A DNA stretch of 64,000 nt from the human T2T-CHM13v2.0 reference genome, Homo sapiens. The translations under genes were made by a program, and so were the position numbers. How positions within the stretch are numbered: the first letter of the stretch is position 1; every line of letters begins with the position of its first letter. The notes below the pieces were generated by a model, which saw nothing but the letters and a program-made list of their open reading frames with translations, was not told the DNA's origin and did not search any database. This document shows, piece by piece, positions 1 through 15,390 of the stretch. The stretch lies in NCBI RefSeq assembly GCF_009914755.1, contig NC_060927.1; one strand, 5' to 3'.

Positions 1-141
1 TCATAACCCTGAATTTCCCCCACAACAGCCCTTTTCATGCTTCATTGTAATTTACCGTAAGGCCCCTGATGGCAGGAACAGCCCTTTTTCTCCAGTGGAT
101 CCTCAGCACCAAGAATAGTACCTGGAGCTTGTGGGCATCTA

Positions 142-476
<335 letters not shown>

Positions 477-531
477 TGAGTGAATGGATGAGTGAATGAA
501 TGGGCAAGCTAGGTAACTCAGTCTAAATCAT

Positions 532-1051
532 TGTGGTAGTGAGCATCCACGATGGCCCCAGTGATCCCTGCTTCCTGGTATTCACATCTGTGTAGTTCCC
601 TCCATGCTGTTCTAGAATTGGTCTCTATGACCAACAGATTACAGCAGAAGTGATGATACATCACTTCTGAAATTAGGCTATAAAAGGCACTACCAGCTTG
701 CATCCTGATTGCTCTCTCAGTCTTTCTTAGGTCATTTGCTCTGGGGGAGGTCAGCTGATATAGAGATGCCCATATGGCAAGAAACTGAGGCTCCCAACCA
801 GCAGCCAGCAAGGATCTGATGCCTGCCAACAGTACAGTAAGTGTGAGCTTGAATCCCATAATGAACTTTGAGATTACTGCAGCCCCAGCCAAGAGCTTTA
901 CTGCAACTTCATAAGAGACCCTGAGCCAGAAGCACCCAGCTAAACCACTCCTACATTCTGACACTCAGAGCCTGTTAGATAGTAAGTGTTTGTTATTTTA
1001 AAGTTTTCAGTTTGGGGGTAATTTGTTATGCAGCAATTGAGAACTAACACA
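532..1051 (+). mobile_element. MaLR solo LTR, MLT1F-like
   Basis: Starts TGTGGTAG...GATGGCCCC..GATCCC..CTTCCTGGTATTCAC and ends GTAATTTGTTATGCAGCAAT...ACTAACACA. Confidence 0.8.
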
Positions 1052-1644
1052 ATCATCTAGCTGATGGGCTTGGCTAGGGTAATGAGACCTGTCTTATAAT
1101 TCAGCACCACGGAGCTGCCGAGTGGTGGCATCATTACCACATTGTAAGTTCAGCTACATTTGGCAAAATACTAACCCCAAAGCCATGACAAATGTCAATC
1201 TGAAGTCTGAGACGTGCCACTTTGTTGCAGACATATGGAAGTGTTTGCCAATGAATTGCATGCAACAATCAGGCATAACCAGTTTATTTTCAGATTGTTA
1301 AAAACAGAGCAGATAATTGCACCTTAATGACTGCTCACTGTCCACAGATCTTATACTAGGGGACAGAGTGAGCATATTGTTTCAGCAAAGCTGTCCTTGG
1401 GCTGGAGCCTCTGCTCCCCTTTCCCCACATCACACATGTCAGAGTAATGTTTGGTATAGATCAGGTTCATGTCTGAAAACTTAAGAGGCAGTTAAATGAA
1501 GAGGCAAATTTCCTCTGTCCCCAAAGTTCTCTTTCAATGAAGGTTCCAGCTACCATTCCCAAATCAAATGGAGACTGACATTTGCTTTTGGTGTGTTCTA
1601 AAATTTCCTGTTGTTAACACCAGTTTAGAGGATGGGCAAGGTTA

Positions 1645-2061
<417 letters not shown>

Positions 2062-2859
2062 CTACTGTCATCAGGAGTCAACCCAAGACCATTCCAGCAG
2101 GGAGCAGACTGACTCAGGGAATCAACTGGCAATGAGACCCCAATTAGGAGGTCATGGTGGCTGGTTGGTTGGTTCAGTTGTCCAAACTATAAAATGAAGA
2201 TGAGAAAGTGCCTTGAGAAGGATTTGGGAAAATAAGGCCACAAAAACCTGAGACACAGTGAAAAGACTGGTTTTAACCCCAGAGAAGGAAAATGATTGAT
2301 TGTGAGAGATGGAGCAACAATAAACGAACCAAGTGGCAATGGCAACAGCTTCCATTTGTGGGGCACTTAGCTTGTACCAGACACTGTGCTAAGCGTTCCA
2401 TTCATTACTTAACTCTCAAGACAGTTCTATCAGTTGGTAGGTATTATTACCCCCATGTTACAGATCAGAACTGAGCCTTAGCATAGCTAAGTAACTGCCT
2501 GAGATTACACTGTAAATAAATTGTGGAGTCAAGATTAACACCCAGATCTCTGCCTGACTCCAAGCCCAGGTTCTCACCACTGAAGAATTTTCCAGATGTC
2601 AGAATTCTCTCTCCTCCTAAATCTAAAGCTTATAATGTCTGACTCTGCCCCCAGCACCTCGGAAATACAAAAGGCAATAAAAATATTTCATTGCAGCAAT
2701 TTTGCAGAAGACAGGGTAGGGACCTTTTATATCAGAGAAAATCTTTATCATCTGCATTTCAAGGACTTAGAAAATAGGAAGCAGAAACAAAAATAGCAAA
2801 AATATTGGAAGTATAGTTGATCAAGGCACAGTATATGTTTAAATTGTTTTAAAGTGCTA

Positions 2860-3230
2860 TTTATTTTAACTTTTAGGTTCAGCATGTGCAGATTTGTTAT
2901 ATAGGTAAATTGTGTGTTGTGGGGGTTTGGTGTACAGATTATTTCATCATCCGTATGATGAAATCATACATAAGCATAGTACCTGATAGGTAGTTTTTCA
3001 GTCCTCACCTTCTTCTCATCCTCTACCCTCAAGTAGGCCCTGGTATCTTTTGTTCCCTTCTTTGTGTTCATGTGTACTCAATGTTTAGCTCTCACTTATA
3101 AGTGAAAACATGCATTATTTGGTTTTCTGTTCCTGTGTCAGTTCACTTAGGATAATGGCCTCCAGCTCCATCCATGTTGCTGCAAAAAACATGATTGCAT
3201 TCTTTTCTATGGCTGTGTAGTATTCCATGG
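2860..3230 (-). mobile_element. L1 3' UTR fragment (L1PA16/L1PB-like)
   Basis: TTTATTTTAACTTTTAGGTTCA...GATTTGTTATATAGGTAAA...GGATAATGGCCTCCAGCTCCATCCATGTTGCTGCAAA. Confidence 0.8.
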
Positions 3231-3406
3231 GAGACACTGAATAAATGCTGAACTGAGGGCAGTTACGGAGACTGAAACCTGTCTGCAATTATATGCAGGC
3301 TGTCTGCTAGACATCCAGCATAGAATAGGACCTATGTGGTTTCCTAGGCTCCCCCCATCAATCCACTCATCACCCTTCATTTGTTAAATGTCCCATCTTC
3401 TCTGAC

Positions 3407-3462
3407 ACACAGACTGTTTAGCAGTACCTGGGTAAGACACAGACTGTTTTTGCAGTACCTGG
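3407..3462. repeat. ~30-bp tandem duplication
   Basis: ACACAGACTGTTT(A/TT)GCAGTACCTGG twice. Confidence 0.9.
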
Positions 3463-3549
3463 TGCCATATCTGGCAAGGAATTGGTGTTCAGGATTTATT
3501 TGCAAAAAATGAAGGCATAGCGTGCTTAAATACATGGGATGCTGTTTAA

Positions 3550-4110
3550 GTAGTTTTTAGGGGGAAATTTATAGCATGAAAGCCAATATTAGAAAGAAAG
3601 TCTCAAATCAGTGGCCTCCACTTCCACCTTAAGAAACTACAGAAATAAGTGCAAATTAAACCCAAACTAAGCAGAAAGAAAGAAAATAATGATCAGAGTG
3701 GAAATAGGTGAAATAGAAAACAGAAAAACAATAGAGAAAATCAAATGAAACTAGACATTAGTTATTTGAGAAAAATCAATAAAATTGATAAGCCTCTAAC
3801 CAGATTGATCAGGAAAAAAAAAAAGGGCAGACACAAATTACCAATATCTGGAATGAGAGATGTGACAACACTATAGATTCTGCAGGTATTAACAAGATAA
3901 TAAAGGAATGCTGTGAACAACTTTATGCCAATAAATTCAGCAACTTATATTAAATGAAAAAATTCTTTGAGACACAAACTATCAAAATTCATTCTAGAAG
4001 AAACAGAGATCCTAAATAGTCCTATATCTATTAAAGAGATATACATTATAGTTTAAAAACTTTCCACAAAGAAAACACCAGGCTCTGGTAAATTCTACTA
4101 AACATTTAAG
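3550..4110 (+). mobile_element. Degenerate L1 ORF2 fragment (L1M)
   Basis: A-rich; GGGAAATTTATAGCA...CACTTCCACCTTAAGAAACTA...TCAATAAAATTGATAAGCCTCTA...CAACTTTATGCCAATAAATTC. Confidence 0.8.
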
Positions 4111-4689
4111 GGTATGTTTGCAGAGTGAATGAATGAACAGTGGATCTAAGGACAACAAAAAAACTAGAAAAGAACACACAGAAAAAGGGAGAAACTCTAA
4201 AAGAACCTCAGACAGACAATTCCTGGGCCACGTTTGGCTAAGGCTTCTACCAATGGCCTAATGAAGAAAGCCTGGTAGCTAATCCCAGAACCACTGCATA
4301 GTGAGATATATGTATGGGTGTTCATGTGTACAAACTGTTAACAAACTGTCCCTATATCATTACTTCCTCTCCACTAAATTTGTTCTTGTCTTTATAAAGT
4401 TCTGAAGAAAAATCTTCTTCAGGAATTGTTAAGGAGAACCAGGTAGATCCAAATGACATGTTTATTCACCGTTCGTAGTACCCATTTAATCATTCAACAA
4501 GCATTTACTAATTACTCATTCACTATATAGCAGTCTCAGGACTCTCTTCTAAGATCTAGAGATGTAAAGTGCAATAAGACATATTTCCTACTATAACAAG
4601 CTCCCAGTCTAGAGATATTTACATATAATAAATTCAAATCATTGCCATGCAGCAGTTGGTGCTGTGATGGAGCAATGCACCAAGTGCTA

Positions 4690-5127
<438 letters not shown>

Positions 5128-5459
5128 TCAGATTGACCTGGAGGCAGAAAAAGCACATCCACTTTGGGGAACCACAAGCTGTGCATTAGGACTAGAGCAG
5201 AAGTGGGAGGTTGGAGAGGACACTAGAGAAGCAGGCAGGAGATTAATGATGCAAGACCAGGCTCTGGGAACGTAGGCAGGAAGTATGGGCTTTATTCTGA
5301 AAGTGATGGGGAGCCAATGAAGAAGGCAAGCCCAGGAGCAAGATGATCAGACTTGAGTTTCAGATCTTTCAGCTGGTGAATAAATTGGAGGGAGGCCAGA
5401 CTTGGGGGAGGAAGATGAGTTTTGAGAAATTTCCAGAAATTCAGATGGTGAGAGTCTAA

Positions 5460-5890
<431 letters not shown>

Positions 5891-6214
5891 AGGGCACATT
5901 CTTGTTTGTGCGTGCAGTGTGACCCCCAACCTCCCACCCTTCCACAACTGGGAAGAGGAAGCACGGGCCAGGCATGGTGCTGGGTGATTTCTACATCTCA
6001 CCTAACGCGCTCAGTAACTGTCTGAACACGTGGGATCGGCCTCATAGATCAGGAATCAGGGCTTCTGGAACTGACCGACTCAGCAATGAACAGGGCAGTG
6101 TTTTCTCCTTAATGCCCTAAGGATTTTTGAATCCGCTTTGCTTGCATCTCTGTGAGCCCCTAGCTAACTCCTTACTTCGCTGGTTAAATATAGCACCTCT
6201 TATCTTCTACTCAC

Positions 6215-6664
6215 CTCATTGCCAGAAAGGTGGTACATCCTGGCTTCCTGGAGCAGCGGGAAGACCTCTGGGCACTGCCTGATGAGAGGATCTGCTTCCA
6301 CCGTCTCCACAAAGTACCACGGGTCCAGAAGCGGTAAGCGCACGTTCTCGAGGACATAGGGGAGTAAGCAGAGTCGTTCTGATGGCTTGTGCCGGACCCA
6401 GCTCATCACGGTCTCAAACACCTGAGCCTCCTCGGTCACGTAAAGGTCATCACTCTTCAAGATGTGGTGCAGAGTGTCCACGGGCAGGTCAAGAAACTCC
6501 TCAGAGTTCAGAATCTGCACAAAGTTTTGAATGATGTAACTCTGAACCTGCTTCTTTAGACTGTCCAGCGAGTGTGTGTCAGCCAGCCTCAGTATTCCAA
6601 CGCAGTTTTCTGGGTTCAAGGCTTCAGTGAGGAAGCTGGCACAGGCATCCACCATCCGCAGGAA
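6215..6664 (-). CDS. KLHL6: KLHL6 coding exon 3 (3-box/BACK domain), 450 nt
   Basis: Acceptor ctttctatttcatcAG|TTC; encodes [33 protein letters not shown]...[11 protein letters not shown]...[14 protein letters not shown]...MYHLSGNE; donor GAG|GTGAGT at 6214; phase 0/0. Confidence 0.97.
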
Positions 6665-6782
6665 CTGATGAAATAGAAAGGGTGGAAAGGAGGCCAGAAA
6701 ATGGTGAGTCCACAAGGAGGTTTATCAGTGAGTTATGTGTATTAGCCAAAAATTGGAAACAACCTAAATGTCCAACAGTACA

Positions 6783-7001
6783 GGATGAGCTAAATACATA
6801 TAATTCATTCATACAGTAGACTTAAAACAATGAGATACTTACTGGACGAGCTAAATACATATAATTCATTCATACAGTCGACAAAACAATGAGATACTTA
6901 CGGGAGGAGCTAAATACATATAATTCATTCATACAGTCGACTTAAAACAATGAGACACTTACGGGACTAGCTAAATACATATAATTCATTCATACAGTCG
7001 A
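6783..7001. repeat. Minisatellite, ~60-bp unit, ~3.6 copies
   Basis: (G/T)AGCTAAATACATATAATTCATTCATACAGT(A/C)GA... recurs at 6787, 6848, 6907 and 6968 (periods 61, 59, 61). Confidence 0.95.
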
Positions 7002-7649
7002 TAGCTCTGTAGATACTTAAAACACATGTTGTAGAAAATATTAAATGAAATAGAAAATGTTCATAATGTATTGAGTTTTAAAATCTGTTCATTGGATCTG
7101 ATTAAGCCTCTACATTTACTCAGCAATTTACAGGAAATACAGGGAAAGAGGAACCTGCTAAAGACGTCATGGGAACATGATCAGCAAAATCCAGATTGTG
7201 GAAAACTCTACTGAACAACTTGTTCAGTTTCTTCAACAAATACATTACAAGGGGATAAAAGAGAGAGAGAAGGAGAGGGAGAACCTAAAGATAAACAGAG
7301 ATTTAAGACACATTGACCAATTGCAAAGTATGGATCTTATTTGGATTCCTGATTTAAACAATATATATTTTTTAAAGTTGGAGAAATGTTTACAATGACT
7401 AATATTTGGTGCTAATGAAACAATTATGATTCATTTTAGGTGCCATAATGGTTTCATGTTTATGTTGAAGAAGAATCCTTATTTTTTAGAGCTATAAGTG
7501 AAATATTTGCAGATAAAATGAGAAAAGCACGTCACAAATCATATGTACATTGTGACCTTATTTTTATAAAGAAAACATACACAGAATAAAGTCATAGAAA
7601 GAAGATGAAAGGATGTAGGTCAAAATATTAATGGTTGTTATCTCTTTGG

Positions 7650-8010
7650 GTTATCAGGTATCTTAAGGCAAATTCTGCTGCAGCAGCAAACAACCCTCAC
7701 GTCTCAGGGGCTTACAATAAATGTTCCTCTTACCCACTATGTGTTCTTCACGGGGCTCTTCATTCCAGGGGCCAGGAAGATGGAAAGCCCTTACCTGAGA
7801 CATGCTGGTCCCATGACAGAAGGGGAAAAAGATGGCAGAACCACACAGAGGCTTTTAAAGCTTCTGCTCAGAGGGGGCGCATGCTATATCCATTTACACA
7901 AAACCGTCCAGAGTAAGTCACATGGCAAAATTTGTCATCAAGGGAACCATAGTTCTCCCACAGAAACAGGTCTCATGGGATGGACAGGGAATATACTATA
8001 TAAATAATAG
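7650..8010 (-). mobile_element. Old MaLR LTR fragment (MLT1J/K-like)
   Basis: GCTGCAGCAGCAAACAACCCT...TCTCAGGGGCTTACAA...GCTTTTAAAGCTTCTGCTCAG...AAGTCACATGGC motifs. Confidence 0.55.
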
Positions 8011-8748
8011 AAGGTATGACACTCTAAGAAGACTATGAGAATTTTTCTGTTTTTGTTTATTTATATGTTTTATTTATTTATATATCCTTTAAAATGAATA
8101 CGTACCGCTTTTGTCATTAAAAAATCAATTTGTAAAATTATTGATTGGCTCTCAGGTCCCACTTTTAAGTTATCACCATCCTCATAAAAATTCAAGTCCC
8201 TTGTGCTTGTAGGGCACTTTACAGATGACAAAGCACTGTTATATCCATTATATTTTGTAATATCCATTTTACAGATGACATGTCTCAAATGCATTGGTTC
8301 ATTCTTATTTGTTGTTCTCTGGAGCTTAGCTTTGAACAATTTCAACCTCCTAGCTCCCTTCCCCGTCTACTGGACTCCTTATAGGGTCAAGTTCTTGGTG
8401 CCCATGGGTTGATCGATTAATGGGGGGAGAGGAAAGGGGAGGCTGAGGGGGCAAGACCTGGTGGGGGTGGGGGAGGCCTTCTGAAGGCAGGTCCTGGTGA
8501 GAGTAGGGACAGGACAGACCTGACTGGGGAGGGTTGGCAGGAGCTGTGGGGAGCGGGGCTATCGAGCCTGAAGGTTGATAGTGGGGCAGGACTGGTTCTA
8601 AGAGTGGACCAAGGTGACCTAGGCTCTGGACTTTACTCCAGAGCATTCCAGGGAACACATCCCTGACTTTTTGGATCAACCTCTATTGCAAAATATTATC
8701 TTTCTGTGTCAGATCACATAGGATTGTCAGTTTAAAAAGCATTTTTTA

Positions 8749-9033
8749 GGCCGGGCGCGGTGGCTCACGCCTGTAATCCCAGCACTTTGGGAGGCCGAGG
8801 CATGCAGATCACCTGAGATCAGGAGTTGGAGACCAGCCTGACCAACATGGAGATACCCCGTCTCTACTAAAAATACAAAATTAGTCAGGCGTGGTGGCGC
8901 ATGCCTGTAATCCCAGCTACTCAGGAGGCTGCAGCAGGAGAATGCTTGAACCTGGGAGGCGGAGGTTGCGGTTAGCTGATATCGTGTCATTGCACTCTAG
9001 CCCGGGCAACAAGAGCAAAACTCCATCTCAAAA

Positions 9034-9076
<43 letters not shown>

Positions 9077-9077
9077 A
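8749..9077 (+). mobile_element. Alu (S-like) with (AAAT)n tail
   Basis: Full dimer; TSD AAAGCATTT. Confidence 0.95.
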
Positions 9078-9099
9078 GCATTTCTCCGAGGGTCAATGC

Positions 9100-10103
9100 T
9101 GAAGGGGGCCAGCCCCTCTACACCTGTGGGTATTTCTCGTCAGGTGGGACGAGAGACTGAGAAAAGAAATAAGACACAGAGGCAAAGTACAGAGAAAGAA
9201 CAGTGGGCCCAGGGGACCAGCGCTCAGCATACGGAGGACCCTCACCGGCACCAGTCTCTGAGTTCCCTCAGTATTTATTGATTACTATTTTCACTATCTC
9301 AATAAGAGGAATGCAGTAGGAGAGCAGGGTGATAGTGGGGAGAAGGTCAGCAAGAAAACATGTGAGCAAAGGAATCTGTGTCACAAATAAGTTCAAGGGG
9401 AGGTACTATGCCTGGACGTGCACGTAGGCCAGATTTTTGCTTCTCTCCACCCAAACATCTCAGTGGAATAAAGAATAATAAAGCAGCATTGCTGCCAACA
9501 TGTCTCGCCTCCCGCCACAGGGCGGTTTTTCTCCTATCTCAGAACTGAACAAATGTACAATCGGGTTTTATACTGAGACATTCAGTTCCCAGGGGCAGGC
9601 AGGAGACAGTGGCCTTCCTCTATCTCAACTGCAAGGGACTTTCCTCTTTTACTAATCCTCCTCAGCACAGACCCTTCACGGGTGTCGGGCTGGGGGATGG
9701 TCAGGTCTTTCCCATCCCACGAGGCCATATTTCAGACTATCACATGGGGAAAGACCTTGGACAATACCCGGCTTTCCAGGGCAGAGGTCCCTGCGGCTTT
9801 CTGCAGTGCATTGTGCCCCTGGTTTATTGAGACTGGAGAATGGCAATGACTTTTACCGAGCATACTGCCTGTAAACATTTTGTTAACAAGGCACATCCTG
9901 CACAGCCCTAGATCCCTTAAACCTTGATTCCATACAACACATGTTTTTGTGAGCTTAAGGTTGGGGCAAAGAGGTTGGGGCAGTTACAGATTAACAGCAT
10001 CTCAGGGCAGAGCAATTTTTCAGGGTACAGGTCAAAATGGAGTTTCTTATGTCTTCCCTTTCTACATAGACACAGTAACAGTCTGATCTCTCTTTTCCCT
10101 ACA
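9100..10103 (-). mobile_element. HERV-K(HML-2) solo LTR, LTR5A-like
   Basis: Minus strand runs TGTAGGGAAAAGAGAGATCAGACTGTTACTGTGTC...GGCTGGCCCCCTTCA (TG..CA), 1004 bp, with a perfect 6-bp TSD CAATGC (9094-9099 and 10104-10109). TATAAAA at 9572-9566, AATAAA at 9279-9274. Confidence 0.93.
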
Positions 10104-10672
10104 CAATGCAAAGTTGCAGAAGGCCTGAATTCTGCCTCAGAACCCCATGTCTGCTGGTCTCAACTGCCGGCAGCTCTGCTCTTTGCATGAGCAACCGTGG
10201 AAACAGTTGTGAACAAGGCTGCTAACACCTGTTTAGTCGTTGGCAGATTTTCAGTTCAAAGACTAAAAATATGCAACAAAGACCAAGCCTCGTGAGCCCT
10301 CAGAACTGGACACCAGAACCCTATCTGGCCCTGTTCACAGAGACATCTATGAGAGCTGAAAGGAAACTCACTTAAATGGTAGCCCCCAGTGCAAAATACC
10401 ACGATCACCATGCCAGCGTTTGCGTGAGGGGAAGAGGAGAGGAAAATTAAGTAGATATTTCTAGGAACTTAGACTTCTCTGGGAGGCCACATAAGACCTG
10501 ATAACAGTAGTTGTTTCTATTGGTGATAATGAAACAATTATTATTCATTTGAGGTGCAATAATAGTTTCATGTTTATGTTTAAGAAGAATCCTTATCTTT
10601 TAGACATAACTGAAATATTTGCAGATAAAATGAGAAAAGCACTTCACAAATCATATTATGTACATTATGATC

Positions 10673-10982
<310 letters not shown>

Positions 10983-11883
10983 TAAATAAATAAATAAATA
11001 TATATATAAAATAAAGTCATAGAGGCCAGGCACAGTGGCTCACACTGTAATTCCCATCCAATTTCAGGGAAGAAAGGGAGAATTACTTTACCCTCTTCAC
11101 CACTTCCTATCCTCTCCAATTGTGTGTAAGAAATACCTACCTAAAATAGACCAACTTTCTCATTTATAGAGAAAATACTAGAAGGTAACATACAAAATGT
11201 TAGCAGTGGTTATAGATAAAGTTATTAATTTTTTTAGAGTTTGTTGTATGACAACTTTACTATACTGAGCATGAACATTATAAACTCAGGAAAAAATACG
11301 TAAAATAAACACATTATTGTGATTTTTAAAGGACGCAATGAGAAAATAAAAGGTAAACACTAAAAGAGCACTTACTATAGGCCAGACTCTACATACTAAC
11401 TGTAAGAGTTACTCAATCCTCACCACAATGCCATGAAAAGGGTATCTATTATCATCCCTGAGGAAACCAGATTCAGAGAAGTAATTTCCTCAGAGACTTA
11501 CAGTTAATAAAAGATAGAAGCAAAGTTTGGACCAGTCATCTCTGATTCCAAAAATGCATGTTTTTTATACTATTTCAAGCTGCTGCAGGTCACAAAATGT
11601 GTGTGGGGGACAAAGGCTTGGCAGATGCCAAACGTCATTTGCACACGTCACTGGGTAGCTCAGATGACCTGATCTGCCCTGACACAGGAAGGACTAGCCA
11701 ACAAGATGCCGGTTCCTATTCCTGCTTGGTGGCTGTTGATGAGCAAAGAAGGAAACCACAGAGGAGAATCAAATCAAGTACTGAAGCTCACATTTGTTAG
11801 AAGAAGCATTGATCTTCACTCCACCTGGCAATTCATCCATCCAGCTACCTGTGTATGGACCGAATGTGAATTGAGCATGTATT

Positions 11884-12246
11884 TCTTTTTTTTTTATTTT
11901 ACTTTAAATTCTGGGACACTCGTGCAGAATGTGCAGGTTTGTTACATAGGTATACGTGTGCCATGGTTTGCTGCACCTATCAACCCGTCATCTAGGTTTT
12001 AAGCCCTGCATGCGTTAGGTATTTGTCCTAATACTCTTTCTCCCCTTCCCCTCCACCACCTGACAGGCCCCAGTGTGTGATGTTCCCCTCCCCGTGTCCA
12101 TGTGTTCTCATTGTTCAACTCCCACTTATGAGTGAGAACATGCGTTGTTTGGTTTTCTGTTCCTGTGTTAGTTTGCTGAGAATGATGGCTTCCAGCTTCA
12201 TCCATGTCCCTGCAAAGGACATGAACTCATCCTTTTTTATGGCTGC
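11884..12246 (-). mobile_element. 5'-truncated L1PA (PA7/8-like) 3' end
   Basis: Classic L1PA 3' UTR; imperfect TSD GAGCATGTATT (11873-11883) / GAGCATCTATT (12247-12257). Confidence 0.9.
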
Positions 12247-12849
12247 GAGCATCTATTAATATTATGTAGGAGGCTCCCAACTAGTGCTGGGTGTACAGAG
12301 GTGAGCAGAGACAAAGCGCCTGCGCTCATTGAAGCCGACAGACCAGTGGAGGCAGCAGACGCTAACCAAATAATAGAACACGGAGTGTGGAAGGACACTT
12401 GAGATAAATGCTATGGACCAGAGTCCAGGGACTCCATTGCCTGAAACCAAGGACAGTCCTACCCCCACCCCTTCAATCTTCCACAATCTGGCTGTCAGTC
12501 ATCACCAGGAACCTCCCTTTCAGAACTCTAGCCACAATCGCACCCATCTCCTCACCTCCTCCAAGCAGTCCTGGAGCTGCCCTGTTGCAGTGCCTTTCCA
12601 CGCTCCTGCCATCTCTCGGCCTGAGCTGCCTTTCCTCATCATCACCATCTGTTATGATCCTACGCGCCTCACCCAGACAAGCCCAACTCCAGAGCCCAAC
12701 TTTTTAAGGAAAGACTCAGGATAGCTCACCCCATTTTCAACAGAGAAATCCCCCTGTAAGTTTACCTCAAGAAGAAGGAAGACATAAATATTATAGCCAT
12801 GACTCTATCCACACAGGGCTGTTTTCTTTCTTTTTTTAAATTAAATTTA

Positions 12850-13147
<298 letters not shown>

Positions 13148-13429
13148 GGGCTATTTTCTTGATTCAGAGTTATTACATCTGGGATCAATGGATCGATCCA
13201 GAAAGTCTGTGAACCCCTACAATAGTATGTGAACATTTGCACATGTGGCATTTTTCTGGGAACTTAGTTGGCAGGGGACAGGTGAGTTACTCCCTGGTAT
13301 CCTTCCACCTAAGTACAAAACCAACACAAGAGAGAGAGCTAAGTCAAAAGATCCAGAGAGGAAGAGAGCCAGAGTCTTGACTAGACGGTGCTTGGAACCC
13401 CACCTCTGGACATTTAAAATTCTGGGTCA

Positions 13430-13745
<316 letters not shown>

Positions 13746-15086
13746 GAAAAGAAGAATTGTAGAGAAATCCTACCTATTCATGAAGTTCATTCTTAAAAGC
13801 TACTTCTTCCTTGACGGCTTCTCCTATTCCCCAACATGGAATCCCTCCCTCCTCTGTGCTCCACTGGGCACCTTGCTTTCCCCTTTTGTGGAGCACCCAG
13901 AGTACTAAGGTCAGTTGAGACAAGCATCTCAAAGCAGCTTCTAGGTCATACTTGGGTATTTATTTCTAGCAGCATCTAGCAGAAAGTCTGGAAAAAGAAG
14001 AGAAAGAGGGACAGAGGAAGGACATATTTATCACTTAGTATGCACCAAGATCTGTGCTAGACACATTCCCAGTCATTATTTCACTTAACAAATAAATTTT
14101 ATTTTTTAACAAGTGTATTTTATTTAACAGGTAAAAAAGGGAAGGTGTTAGAATTAGCATTTGTATAAAGGAGCAAATAGAGAATTCAAAGAGCGATGCA
14201 AGTTCACACTGCTAGGAGGCAGTACAGTTGATGCTCCAGTCAGCATCGTGGTGCCTTTGTAACTTGTTGCATTGTTGAGCTAACAAAATGCCAGGAGAGT
14301 CTGAAGAGGCTTTATGAGGACAGAGGCAGGTGGGGGATCTCCAAGTTGCCTAAGTTCCTCCAAAATATACTTCAATAAACACTTTTAGTGTGAGGGGTGT
14401 AGGGCAACATCACATGATCCCAACCAATGGCTGGGAAACTGATGATGCGCAGGGCAATCATGGGAACCAGAAATGGGTTTCTTTTAAATATGCTTTTGCT
14501 TCTTCACATTCAAGATTATTCAAGACTTCAGGGTAAATTTTCTGTCTCGGCCTGTCCCGATGACACATGAACTTGTTTGTCAGAGCTGAGAGATGACAGA
14601 TAATGGCAAAAGACAGCCAGCTTCCTGTTTGGGGGGACATGTGAGCAAAAGGTTGCAGCCAGCCACCTGACTCTCAAATGAGGAGACTAAAAATACAATC
14701 AAAGAAACCACTTGAGACGTGGCTGCAGTTCCCACAAGAAGTGTCTGCCTCCAAGAGAAAGCACTGCCTGTGCCTCATCTCCACTGCCCCTCCTCTGCTT
14801 CCCCATGACGTTCTCCAAAATCTGAGGTCCTAGGGGACTTCACCCATGTGACTCCATGTCTCCCTCAAGGTGCCTTCAAATCCACTTCAGAATCACTGAA
14901 GTCCTATTTTAGTCCACATCAGCAATTCTGTTGATCATGGTGTCCAAGTGGCTTTGGCGTTATTGCAAAGGGTCTATAAAGACATTGATATTCTTACCTT
15001 CAGCTCCGACAAATCAGCATGTGTGAAGGTGTGATGAGATTAATAACATTTAAATTTATTTCAAGGTATTTCTGAATTCATTGTAA

Positions 15087-15390
<304 letters not shown>

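Noticed and set aside
645-669. Perfect 11-bp-arm hairpin CAGAAGTGATG-ATA-CATCACTTCTG
   Set aside because: It lies inside the MLT1F-like LTR, whose consensus is already quasi-palindromic here as I recall; too short to imply function.
6665-6715. N-terminal extension [17 protein letters not shown] of the exon 3 ORF, and similar run-ons of exons 1 and 2
   Set aside because: These are intronic read-through past canonical splice sites; the extension is the polypyrimidine tract.
6783-7001. Repeat-spacer (CRISPR-like) appearance
   Set aside because: The inter-repeat segments are themselves repeated, so it is a tandem minisatellite in a human intron, with no cas genes.
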